Shown one piece after another: positions 31,402 through 39,927 of a DNA stretch of 64,000 nucleotides. Position 1 is the first letter of the stretch, and each line of letters opens with the position of its first letter. The position numbers and the translations under genes were made by a program. This stretch comes from Candidatus Bathyarchaeia archaeon (lineage in GTDB: Archaea > Thermoproteota > CALKCG01 > B24). The stretch is taken from assembly GCA_038870975.1 (NCBI GenBank), contig JAVZJD010000001.1:960001-1024000 (forward strand), in the 5' to 3' direction. The notes below the pieces were generated by a model. The model was given only the letters and a program-made list of their open reading frames with translations, ran no database searches and had not been told where the DNA came from.

Positions 31402-31575
31402 CTATAGGACTCTAAAACCTATGTGTGCGATTATAACAGAGATTATTAAAGCCGTGGCAATTATAAGTACTACCTCCGGCCTGAGTTTTAAACCCTCCCC
31501 TTCCTCATCAAAAAACCTTAATAATCCCGCTGTAGTAGCTGGCATGGGTGATTCTTTCTTACGCTTCTTACTCAT
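31402..31575 (-). CDS. secG: Preprotein translocase subunit Sec61beta (57 aa; absent from ORF track)
   Basis: MSKKRKKESPMPATTAGLLRFFDEEGEGLKLRPEVVLIIATALIISVIIAHIGFRVL; AGL.RFF.EE signature plus one TM helix. Confidence 0.93.
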   Translation of the reverse strand: MSKKRKKESPMPATTAGLLRFFDEEGEGLKLRPEVVLIIATALIISVIIAHIGFRVL

Positions 31576-31700
31576 GGAGTTTCTGCTATACTAGTGCAAA
31601 CAGGGTATAATAAGCTTTTTTATAGGTAAGTAACATACATTCGGGTCGAAAAATATATAGGAGGGTTTTTGCTTAGATATGGAGTTTTAGGTGTCACTCT

Positions 31701-32729
31701 ATGGGTGAAGCCGATGCATTCATAGCGAAACTTGATGGTCTTCAACGGCTGCTCGATGAATTTATAAAACGTGGTTACACAGTTTACGGACCTATTGTAA
31801 AAGGGAAAAGCTGGGTTTTCTCTGAAGTCCGCTCAATTCGAGATTTAGACTTAAACTATGTTAGAACAATTCTGCCGCCTAAGAAGCTACTTCACCCAGT
31901 TAGAAGCTTCATCTTCGACTTTAAGCTTAACGATGATTTTGAAGTCTTTGAATCCTGCGATGTGAAGAACACCGTTATATTCGGTGTTCATCCATGTGAT
32001 TTAAAAGCGATTGAAAAACTGGATGAATTCTTCGGTCAGCATCCTGAGGATGTATGTTATGAAGCTAGGAGAAAGAGGGCATTAATAGTTGGTTTGACGT
32101 GTAATACTGTTGATGAAAAATGTTTCTGCTACTCGCTTGGTACTGGACCTGAGGCTTCTACAGGTTTTGACATATTGATAACTCAAATCGGTGGTGGATT
32201 TTTCTTGCTCGAAGCAGGCAGCTCGAAGGGAGCGGATATTTTAAAAACGCTTAATTTAGCGGAGGCTAAACCTGAACATTTTGAAGCTAAAAGAAAACAT
32301 ATAGAGCATCTTAAGAGTAGCTTCACTAAGACAGCGGACTTTGAAGAATTGGCAACGCTGGCTAAGGATAAGTTAGATCACAAAGTTTGGATAGAGACGG
32401 CTGAAAGATGTCTATCCTGTGGAAATTGTAGCATGGTCTGTCCAGTATGCTACTGCTTCGACGTATACGATTCTCTCGATTTAACTCTTAAAGAGGGAGT
32501 TAGAATTATGGAGCTTGATTCGTGTCAACTTTTAGAATACGCGGAAGTAGCGCTCGGCGGAAACTTTAGAAGAGATAGGAGTCAACGGCTACGCCATTGG
32601 ATGCTCTGCAAATTTGGAGCAGCTGCTGGTGTTACATACACCAGCTGTGTAGGATGTGGAAGATGTATAGTTTACTGTCCTGCTAACATAGATTTAACGG
32701 AGATTGCTCGCGTGTTAAAGGGAGGTTGA
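31701..32729 (+). CDS. hydB: Group 3b [NiFe]-hydrogenase beta subunit (Fe-S)
   Basis: GVHPCD, CLSCGNCSMVCPVCYC, CVGCGRCIVYCP. Confidence 0.9.
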   Translation: MGEADAFIAKLDGLQRLLDEFIKRGYTVYGPIVKGKSWVFSEVRSIRDLDLNYVRTILPPKKLLHPVRSFIFDFKLNDDFEVFESCDVKNTVIFGVHPCDLKAIEKLDEFFGQHPEDVCYEARRKRALIVGLTCNTVDEKCFCYSLGTGPEASTGFDILITQIGGGFFLLEAGSSKGADILKTLNLAEAKPEHFEAKRKHIEHLKSSFTKTADFEELATLAKDKLDHKVWIETAERCLSCGNCSMVCPVCYCFDVYDSLDLTLKEGVRIMELDSCQLLEYAEVALGGNFRRDRSQRLRHWMLCKFGAAAGVTYTSCVGCGRCIVYCPANIDLTEIARVLKGG

Positions 32730-33559
32730 TGATGTTGAATCCATACCTGCCTAGAAAGGCGATAATAGAGAATATACGGGATGAAACACCGGACATAAAG
32801 ACTTTCAGAGTCAAAATTAAAGATGGAGGCTTCCGCTTCAACCCCGGTCAATTCGTCATGGTTTCATTGCTCGGAGTTGGGGAATCTGCTATAAGTATAT
32901 CTTCCCACCCTGAAGACGCGGATAAATTCATAGAGCTTTCTGTTAGAAAGGTAGGCAATGTAACGGGGGCTATCTTCAGGTTAAAACCCGGCTCCACCAT
33001 CGGCATTAGGGGGCCATTCGGTAATGGATGGCCTATTGATGAAATCCCAGGTAAAGACCTCTTGATCGTAGGTGGAGGCTGTGGTCAAGGCGCTCTAAGA
33101 CCGCTGATTTTAGACGTGTTGAGGCATAGGAACCGCTATGGTAGAGTTGAAATACTCTACGGAGCTAGAACTCCTCAGGATCTAATGTTCAAGTATGAAC
33201 ACGATGTATGGGCTAGTGTTCCTGAAGGCTGTCTACTATTGACGGTTGATAGTATTCCACCTGGTGTTGAGTGGAGGCATAATGTCGGAGTGGTGACGAC
33301 GCTTTTCAGTAAAACGCTCATCAAGCCTGAAAATAGCCTAGTCTTTATATGTGGACCAGAGATTATGATGCACTTTGCCGTTAGAAACTTATTATCCATG
33401 GGTTTTAAGGGCGACCAAATATATCTATCCATGGAGAGGAGGATGAAGTGTGGCATAGGGAAATGTGGACACTGTCAAATAGGTGGTAAGTATGTCTGCA
33501 AGGACGGGCCAGTCTTCACGTATTCTGACCTAATCCATGAACCTGATAAAGTAGTTTAG
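32726..33559 (+). CDS. hydG: Group 3b hydrogenase gamma subunit (FAD/NAD(P), 2Fe-2S)
   Basis: PGQF, RGPFGNG, CGPEIMM, MKCGIGKCGHC..VCKDGPVF. Confidence 0.92.
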   Translation: MMMLNPYLPRKAIIENIRDETPDIKTFRVKIKDGGFRFNPGQFVMVSLLGVGESAISISSHPEDADKFIELSVRKVGNVTGAIFRLKPGSTIGIRGPFGNGWPIDEIPGKDLLIVGGGCGQGALRPLILDVLRHRNRYGRVEILYGARTPQDLMFKYEHDVWASVPEGCLLLTVDSIPPGVEWRHNVGVVTTLFSKTLIKPENSLVFICGPEIMMHFAVRNLLSMGFKGDQIYLSMERRMKCGIGKCGHCQIGGKYVCKDGPVFTYSDLIHEPDKVV

Positions 33560-33570
33560 GAGGTGGTATC

Positions 33571-34326
33571 TTGAAGCTTAAAGTAGGAGTATTCAAATTT
33601 ACAAGTTGCTCAGGCTGTCAAATAGAGTTTCTGAGGATTAATGAAAACCTTCCAGGAATACTCAACCTTCTGGATTTTCAAAACTGGGCTATGGCCAGTT
33701 CCAACGTGCAACCGGGTCCATATGATATAGCCATTGTAGAAGGTGGAATATCTACGCCTGAGAGTATAGAGGAGATTAAGACAATCCGGAGAAACTCTAG
33801 ACTTCTTATAGCGATTGGTGATTGCGCCGTTTTTGGGGGAATCCCATCGATGAGAAACTGGATGAAGCAACGTGAAGCTGAGAGTTTAACCTACCCAAAG
33901 CCTGAATACTTGAGGTCTATGAAGGTATCTAGTGTAGATGAGTATGTTAAGGTAGATGTGTATCTTAAGGGTTGTCCTCCACACCTCGATAATATACTTG
34001 AAGCACTTAAAGCCGCTATTTTAGACATTAAACCCAGATTAAGACAGCATCCAGTCTGTATTGAATGTAAGTTTTACGAAAATGAATGTCTTTTGACGAC
34101 TTATAGGCAAGCCTGTATGGGTCCTGTTACAGCAGCTGGCTGCGGAGCCATCTGTCCATCGGTAAATAGACCATGTGAGGGCTGCTACGGACCCATGAGT
34201 AATCCCAACGTTAAATCCATGGTTGAAAGACTTCGTGAGATTGGACTAGCCGATGACGATATCATGAGGAAGTTTAGGAAGTATGCTGGTACATCTGAAT
34301 ACTATAGGGAGGTGGCTAGACTTTGA
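33571..34326 (+). CDS. hydD: Group 3b hydrogenase delta (small) subunit
   Basis: TSCSGCQ, IGDCA, GCPP, CIEC, CMGPVT.AGCGA.CP...C.GC. Confidence 0.92.
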   Translation: MKLKVGVFKFTSCSGCQIEFLRINENLPGILNLLDFQNWAMASSNVQPGPYDIAIVEGGISTPESIEEIKTIRRNSRLLIAIGDCAVFGGIPSMRNWMKQREAESLTYPKPEYLRSMKVSSVDEYVKVDVYLKGCPPHLDNILEALKAAILDIKPRLRQHPVCIECKFYENECLLTTYRQACMGPVTAAGCGAICPSVNRPCEGCYGPMSNPNVKSMVERLREIGLADDDIMRKFRKYAGTSEYYREVARL

Positions 34327-35594
34327 AAAACGTTAGTATCGACTACCTGACTAGGGTTGAGGGTAAAGGTGGGCTTGACTTAACTATTGAAGGAAACGAG
34401 GTTAAAGACTTAAAATTGAGGATATACGAAGAACCCAGGTTCTTCGAAGCATTTATGGTCGGTAGGAGGTTCGATGAAGTTGTTGAAATAGCCTCTAGAA
34501 TCTGCGGTATATGCTACGTAACCCATCAGATAACCCCGGCGAGAGCTATTGAAAAGATTTTAGGCGTGGAAGTTAACGACCGTATAAAGCTTTTAAGGAG
34601 GTTGATAGCTGTAGGCGGTATTATAAGCAGTCATGCGTTACACGTATACCTGTTAGCGCTACCCGACGTTTTAAAACTGCCGAACTCCTTCTCAATAGAC
34701 CCCAAGCTTCTAGTAGAGGCTTTAAAGCTTAAAGGTCTAGGGGATAAGATTGTAGAAATCGTCGGAGGAAGGGCAGTACATCCTGTAACCATAGTCGTTG
34801 GTGGTTTTACGTATGCCCCGCCAAAAGAGAAGCTTAAGGCTTTAGTAGACGACCTTAAACGTGCGAAAAAGACGGCAATGGAATCTATACGGTTCTTCTC
34901 AGCGGAAAATCTTCCAAACTTTGAAGTAGACTCTGAGAATGTAGCTCTATCAAACCCTGAAGAATATGCTATAAACGAGGGAAGGGTTAAGTCTAATAAA
35001 GGATTGTATATATCAGAAGACGAATTCAGGAGATTTATTGAAGAGGAGCAAGTACCCCACTCTACGGCTAAACACTCAAAGGTTAAAGCCAGAGCATCCT
35101 ACATGGTTGGTCCACTATCGAGAGTTAACTTAAACTTCCACCAGCTTAGCGAGGATGCTCAGAATGTTGCTGAAGCTAGTAGCTTTAAATTTCCATCATC
35201 CAATCCGTTTATGGCCAACGTTGCCAGAGTAGTTGAAATGGTAAGTCTAATAGACGAAGCGATTGAACTCATAGACTCGTACAACGAGGGGGAGGTTAGA
35301 GTTTCATTTAAAGTGAGAGGTGGAGAAGCGGCGGCAATAACAGAAGCTCCTAGAGGGATAAACTACCACTGGTATCGCATAGACAATAATGGAATCGTCA
35401 GAGCAGCCGATATATCTCCTCCAACGTGCCAGAACGCCAAGAGAATCGAAGACGACTTAAGGGCATATGTACCAGCAATAGCCGATATGTCTGAAGAGGA
35501 AATAGCCCACAGGTGTTCAATGCTCATCAGAGCCTATGATCCCTGCATAAGTTGCGCAGTCCACAGTTTAAACGTTAAAGTCAGAAAAATGTAA
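34323..35594 (+). CDS. hydA: Group 3b hydrogenase alpha (large NiFe) subunit
   Basis: RVEG, L1 RICGIC, EAPRG, L2 DPCISCAVH plus short C-terminal tail. Confidence 0.95.
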   Translation: MKNVSIDYLTRVEGKGGLDLTIEGNEVKDLKLRIYEEPRFFEAFMVGRRFDEVVEIASRICGICYVTHQITPARAIEKILGVEVNDRIKLLRRLIAVGGIISSHALHVYLLALPDVLKLPNSFSIDPKLLVEALKLKGLGDKIVEIVGGRAVHPVTIVVGGFTYAPPKEKLKALVDDLKRAKKTAMESIRFFSAENLPNFEVDSENVALSNPEEYAINEGRVKSNKGLYISEDEFRRFIEEEQVPHSTAKHSKVKARASYMVGPLSRVNLNFHQLSEDAQNVAEASSFKFPSSNPFMANVARVVEMVSLIDEAIELIDSYNEGEVRVSFKVRGGEAAAITEAPRGINYHWYRIDNNGIVRAADISPPTCQNAKRIEDDLRAYVPAIADMSEEEIAHRCSMLIRAYDPCISCAVHSLNVKVRKM

Positions 35595-35706
35595 CACTCC
35601 ATTTTTAAAAATAAACCTATGGTTGAAATACATAAATCGTCTGTAAAATTGATATGGACATGGTTTACAAGCTTTGGTCTATTTCCGCCTCCTCCAAGCG
35701 ATCAAC

Positions 35707-36504
35707 TTAAAGAAGAGGGATGGCAATCATTCTTAAGGCAATCAGTATGAATACAGTTGCGAGCATTCTTCGCATTGTTTCCTCCTCTAGCCTTTTTGAA
35801 ATCCTCGGTCCCAATTGAGAGCCGCATAAACCTCCGATAACAATCGGTACTGCATAGTTCAGCGGTACTATATTGCCGACTTGAAAGTGTAGAATCACAG
35901 CTACGGTGTTTGTTAAGGCCATTCCAAAGACGGATGTGGCGGCTGCTACTTTAACCGGCATCCCCATGCAAAGAACCATTATCGTTTCATCCACCGTTCC
36001 TCCACCAGCTCCAAGCATTCCAGCTACAACGCCGCTGGTGAAGCTTGCAAATAAGGCTAAGTAAACCATTTTAGCAGTTAATTTATCCGCTTTGGGCTCC
36101 TCATCCGTTGAGGGTTCTCCAAGGTTCTTCGCTCTTCTAAAAAGCTGGAATGAAACTGTTAAAAGGAAAACGCCGAATAGGGAGGCTAAAGTCTTTGAGC
36201 TTATTATGGTTGTTAAATATACTCCTACCATAGTTCCAGGCACGTCGAGTAAATCCAGTAGTATGCCTATCTTATAGTTGATCCTTCTCTGCCTAGCATA
36301 AGCTAAAGTTGCAGAAACCGTTGTAAAGCTCATCGCCAGTAGGCTTGTAGAGACCGCTTTCTTAGTTTCAAAGCCAAAGCCGAGAACGAGTAGAGGTACG
36401 TAAAATACTCCGCCACCTAAACCAACGATCGATGCAACAGTCGAGATTGTAAAACTTAGAAGAAGCAAAATCAATTCCTGCATACATTCTCTAAAACCCA
36501 TCAA
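35707..36504 (-). CDS. TauE/SafE (TSUP) family membrane permease
   Basis: Two internal repeats GLGGGVFYVP / GAGGG, AVSTSL / AAATS; hydrophobic. Confidence 0.88.
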   Translation of the reverse strand: MMGFRECMQELILLLLSFTISTVASIVGLGGGVFYVPLLVLGFGFETKKAVSTSLLAMSFTTVSATLAYARQRRINYKIGILLDLLDVPGTMVGVYLTTIISSKTLASLFGVFLLTVSFQLFRRAKNLGEPSTDEEPKADKLTAKMVYLALFASFTSGVVAGMLGAGGGTVDETIMVLCMGMPVKVAAATSVFGMALTNTVAVILHFQVGNIVPLNYAVPIVIGGLCGSQLGPRISKRLEEETMRRMLATVFILIALRMIAIPLL

Positions 36505-36900
36505 GCGACTATTTAATTTTATTAAAAATTGTAATGGATTGCGTCTTTCTTTCCTCAGTTGTAGCTATGAAAAATTTCCTTTAGTCATTAACACCGTGAA
36601 TCCTACATTGTTCATGTGTGGAATGAAAGTGGGCGTCAAGTTTATATGGTTACTATGGATAAATATATTGCTATCATGACCCACAGGAAACTGGGGATGA
36701 ATTGAAAAGTCTTAGGCTTACTAAAAGAGAGCCTTATGTAGGCTGATTGATCCAGAAAGCTTCTTCAGAAGCTTTGTAAATTTAATTACTGGTTCTGGTG
36801 CATAGTAATTAAAGGTAAATATTATACTCTAGCAAAGATCCAAAAGGTAAGGAGGACTCTGAAGATAGAAGATAAGGATAAGATTGAGCTTTTATTAAGA

Positions 36901-37236
36901 ATGCTTAGTGAAGCTGAAGAATACATTGAAAAAGGGGATCCTATACAAGCAAGTGAAAAACTGTATAAAGCTTCCGAAGAAGCTATTAAAGAATTAGCGC
37001 GTCGATTTGAACTCTCAGAATACGAGGAGGCGGAAAGAAACGGAAGATGGACGACCACTCTGCTCTTTAAGGCTGTAAGGAGGCTTTCTGAGAGGGTAAA
37101 GCCTGAGATTCTTGATTGGTGGACTCAAGCTTGGCTTTTACATGTAGAAGGTTTTCATGAAGCAAGGTTAGATATGGAAGAAGTCAAAGTAAGGGTTAGC
37201 CGTATAAAGGAGCTTGTAAACCTACTCTGGAAATAA
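36901..37236 (+). CDS. PaREP1-family (HEPN-like) protein
   Basis: GDPIQASEKLYKA.EE.IK.LA, GRW and AW.LHVEGFHE motifs. Confidence 0.88.
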   Translation: MLSEAEEYIEKGDPIQASEKLYKASEEAIKELARRFELSEYEEAERNGRWTTTLLFKAVRRLSERVKPEILDWWTQAWLLHVEGFHEARLDMEEVKVRVSRIKELVNLLWK

Positions 37237-37358
37237 CGAATATCAATTAGATAGGTGAAGAGTCAAACACATCCTGACTCTGAAACCCTAGGTTACCTTC
37301 CCACCTTTAAGGTCAATACATATATTCTAGCTGGTAACTACTCTTTCATCTGACCTAT

Positions 37359-38414
37359 ATGGATTCTAGGAGTAGAGTCTTAGCTACCTTAAGAGGGGAA
37401 GAGGTTGATAGAATACCATTTACGATCTATGACGTTCTCATGCCTAGAGGTGAACTATGGGATGAACTTAGAAGAATGGGTTTAACCCCCATAACTAGTG
37501 TTTCAGTATTCTACGAGAAATGGTTAAACGTGAAGATTAGGCGGATTGTTGAGGGAGACTACGTTTACACGTATTACGATACACCAGTCGGGTCTGTATA
37601 TGCGAAGCATAGGGTTAACCTTAAGCCCGGCTTAGGAGACTCTTGGACAATTGAACACCCGATTAAGAAGCCTGAGGACTATAAAGTAGTTAACTACATC
37701 TTTAAAAACACGGTTATTACCCCAGTTAGAGAAGAAGATGTTCTTAAACAGATTGAACGATTTAAAGATGAACGTGTATTCTGGGCTTGGGTGGATAGAA
37801 CACCCATCCAGAAGATGCTTATAGAGCTTACGGGTTATAGAAGGCTTGCAATAGACCTGTATAGGAATCGAGAGCTTTTAGAAGAGCTCTACGATACGCT
37901 CGTCGATAGGACTGAATTGATCTGCGAAATAGCTTCAGAATCCCCCATGGAGCTTGTATGGTGTGGAGATAACGTGAACGGTATAGTCTTAGGGTCTAAA
38001 GTTTTCGAGAAGTATCATCTACCCGTTTATAGACATATGTCTAAATTGTTTGAGAAAAACGGTAAAACGTTCATAGTTCATATGGATGGGAAAATAAACT
38101 GTTTAAAACACCTCTTATCCAACTCTGGTATTAACGTTGTAGAAGCCTTTACACCGCCGCCTATGGGCGACCTGTCTGTCAGAGAAGCTAGAAACCTATG
38201 GGGTGAGAAAATTAAAATATGGATAAACTTTCCAGAGTCCATCCTCATAAGCGACGAAGAACACGTCAAACGGTATACGTTAAACCTTTTAGAGGAAATA
38301 TCCCTCCAGAGAGGCATACTACTAGGTATAACTGAAGATATAGCACCCGGGCATGAAGACAAACTTAAAATAGTTGCTAAAGCCTTAAGCGCGGGTATAT
38401 GTAAGACTTATTGA
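37359..38414 (+). CDS. URO-D-fold protein
   Basis: SR.RVLA...G..VDRIP start, GDN, VHMDG and EAFTPPP.GD motifs. Confidence 0.8.
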   Translation: MDSRSRVLATLRGEEVDRIPFTIYDVLMPRGELWDELRRMGLTPITSVSVFYEKWLNVKIRRIVEGDYVYTYYDTPVGSVYAKHRVNLKPGLGDSWTIEHPIKKPEDYKVVNYIFKNTVITPVREEDVLKQIERFKDERVFWAWVDRTPIQKMLIELTGYRRLAIDLYRNRELLEELYDTLVDRTELICEIASESPMELVWCGDNVNGIVLGSKVFEKYHLPVYRHMSKLFEKNGKTFIVHMDGKINCLKHLLSNSGINVVEAFTPPPMGDLSVREARNLWGEKIKIWINFPESILISDEEHVKRYTLNLLEEISLQRGILLGITEDIAPGHEDKLKIVAKALSAGICKTY

Positions 38415-38586
38415 GAGCTCATCCTTCTCTATGCAATTATTGTCTTCTTTACGTTTTTATGTAAAACTTATAATGTTTTATTAGTATTGTGCTAAAACTC
38501 CTATAGCTCTCGTATCTCACACAAACCCCCGTCTCTAAACTTAGAAGAAGCAGGTATGGCGAGGGACTTAGACCTGTAGAAACCGA

Positions 38587-38710
38587 CGCCGGGGGAGGGA
38601 TTTGAACCCCCGCTCCCCCAATGGGGAACCGGATTTCACGTTCTCTAAGCCCTCTCTAAAGCGTTTTAGTATCTCGAGTCCGGCGCCTTTCCTGGCTAGG
38701 CTACCCCGGC
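38587..38710 (-). tRNA. tRNA-Ser(CGA) with 38-nt intron at 37/38 (38635..38672)
   Basis: Reverse complement reads GCCGGGG acceptor stem, D arm, CCGGA-CT-CGA-G|intron|A-TCCGG, long variable arm, GGGGGTTCAAATCCCTC T arm, discriminator G, no encoded CCA. Confidence 0.93.
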
Positions 38711-39025
38711 ACTTCTAAATGGTATTTTACTCACTCTCTCTAAAAAAGATTAGCGAATTTTCTGCTGAAGGATAAGATAACCTATTCGACTCTCGTGATG
38801 TCCAGTAGCTTATACGGCGCGGAATGAACAACCTCTGGAAGATGAACTCCGCTATGAGAAGGCTCAATACACAGGTTAAACTCAGAAGAGCAAAACTGGA
38901 TATGGAATGTTAGAATACAAACTGAAGCGGGCATAATATGGTACATGTATAAGAAGCATGGACTATTAAGAGGTCTAAATACATTGAAACCCTGTTCGAA
39001 ATCGATTCGAAAAGCTGTTTTAACC

Positions 39026-39229
39026 CTAGCGTCCGATATTTAAAGCGTATCTACCAGCTTCCTTCAGGTTGAGTTTTCCAGCCAATATGGAAGATTGAGA
39101 GTTGAATATTACGATTAATCCGTTCCAATTCTCCGTGAGACTTCTAGTCTTACAAACTGGGCATACATCTAACTTTTTCTTAGGTATTGTAAATACTCTT
39201 CCACAGTTTCTACACGCCATTTCGCTCAC
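39026..39229 (-). CDS. spt4: Transcription elongation factor Spt4 (RpoE'')
   Basis: ACRNC..CPVC, W.GLIVI, S.LA..L....G.YAL; overlaps rpoE'. Confidence 0.92.
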   Translation of the reverse strand: MSEMACRNCGRVFTIPKKKLDVCPVCKTRSLTENWNGLIVIFNSQSSILAGKLNLKEAGRYALNIGR

Positions 39230-39792
39230 TCTTTACCACCTTTCTGAAGCTTTGAGACGTCCTCTTTAATCCATTCGATTTTACCTAGGAATGGCTGTTT
39301 AGCTGTAACGCCTATCTTCCCCATACCTCCACCCTTTGGAAGGCTTACAGCCACTATTCTAACTCTAACCACGTCTCCTTTCCTGAGAGACCTATTCGTC
39401 TGTTTGCCTATTAAACTCTCCCCATGCTTGTCGTACGTTATGTAGTCGTCCATAAGCTGAGACTTGTGAAGAAGTGCGTCTACAGGCCCTATTCTAACGA
39501 AAGCGCCGAAGTCTTGAACATCCATAACATCTCCTTCGACAACCTCCTGCAGACCTGGTAGAAACGTTAAGAGTGTAAAAGTAGCTTTATGGTATGTTGC
39601 ACCGTCGCCTGAAACTATTCTCCCAATAGGGTCGACGTTTACGTTTAGAATATCTATAACATAGCCTAGCTCCTCGTCAACTAAAGCAACATATTTAGAT
39701 CTAAGCTCTTCTTCAGCCACTTGTTTTAGAGGTTTTCCAAACTTCTCGGGTGGAATTCTTACAACGTCTTCAACGTCGATTAGCTTAAACAT
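39226..39792 (-). CDS. rpoE1: RNA polymerase subunit Rpo7 (E')
   Basis: VRIPP..FG, GDGATY, EVVEG.V, FGAFVRIGP.DALLH.SQ, KQPFLGK.EW. Confidence 0.96.
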   Translation of the reverse strand: MFKLIDVEDVVRIPPEKFGKPLKQVAEEELRSKYVALVDEELGYVIDILNVNVDPIGRIVSGDGATYHKATFTLLTFLPGLQEVVEGDVMDVQDFGAFVRIGPVDALLHKSQLMDDYITYDKHGESLIGKQTNRSLRKGDVVRVRIVAVSLPKGGGMGKIGVTAKQPFLGKIEWIKEDVSKLQKGGKE

Positions 39793-39927
39793 GAGGGAGA
39801 CACCATTTTACACAGTTATGTAATAAAAGGTGCGATATAAACATTGATTGACGACTGATTGAAAATATTTTATAGATATAAAAATGGAGAAAAACATATA
39901 TACATATTCCATTAACTAAGATTTTGG

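Noticed and set aside
38790-38870. Possible C/D sRNA (GTGATGT, GAATGA, AGATGA motifs)
   Set aside because: No canonical D boxes at suitable spacing and no terminal stem
38415-39025. Integrated element at tRNA-Ser
   Set aside because: No integrase and no duplicate of the tRNA end seen elsewhere in the window
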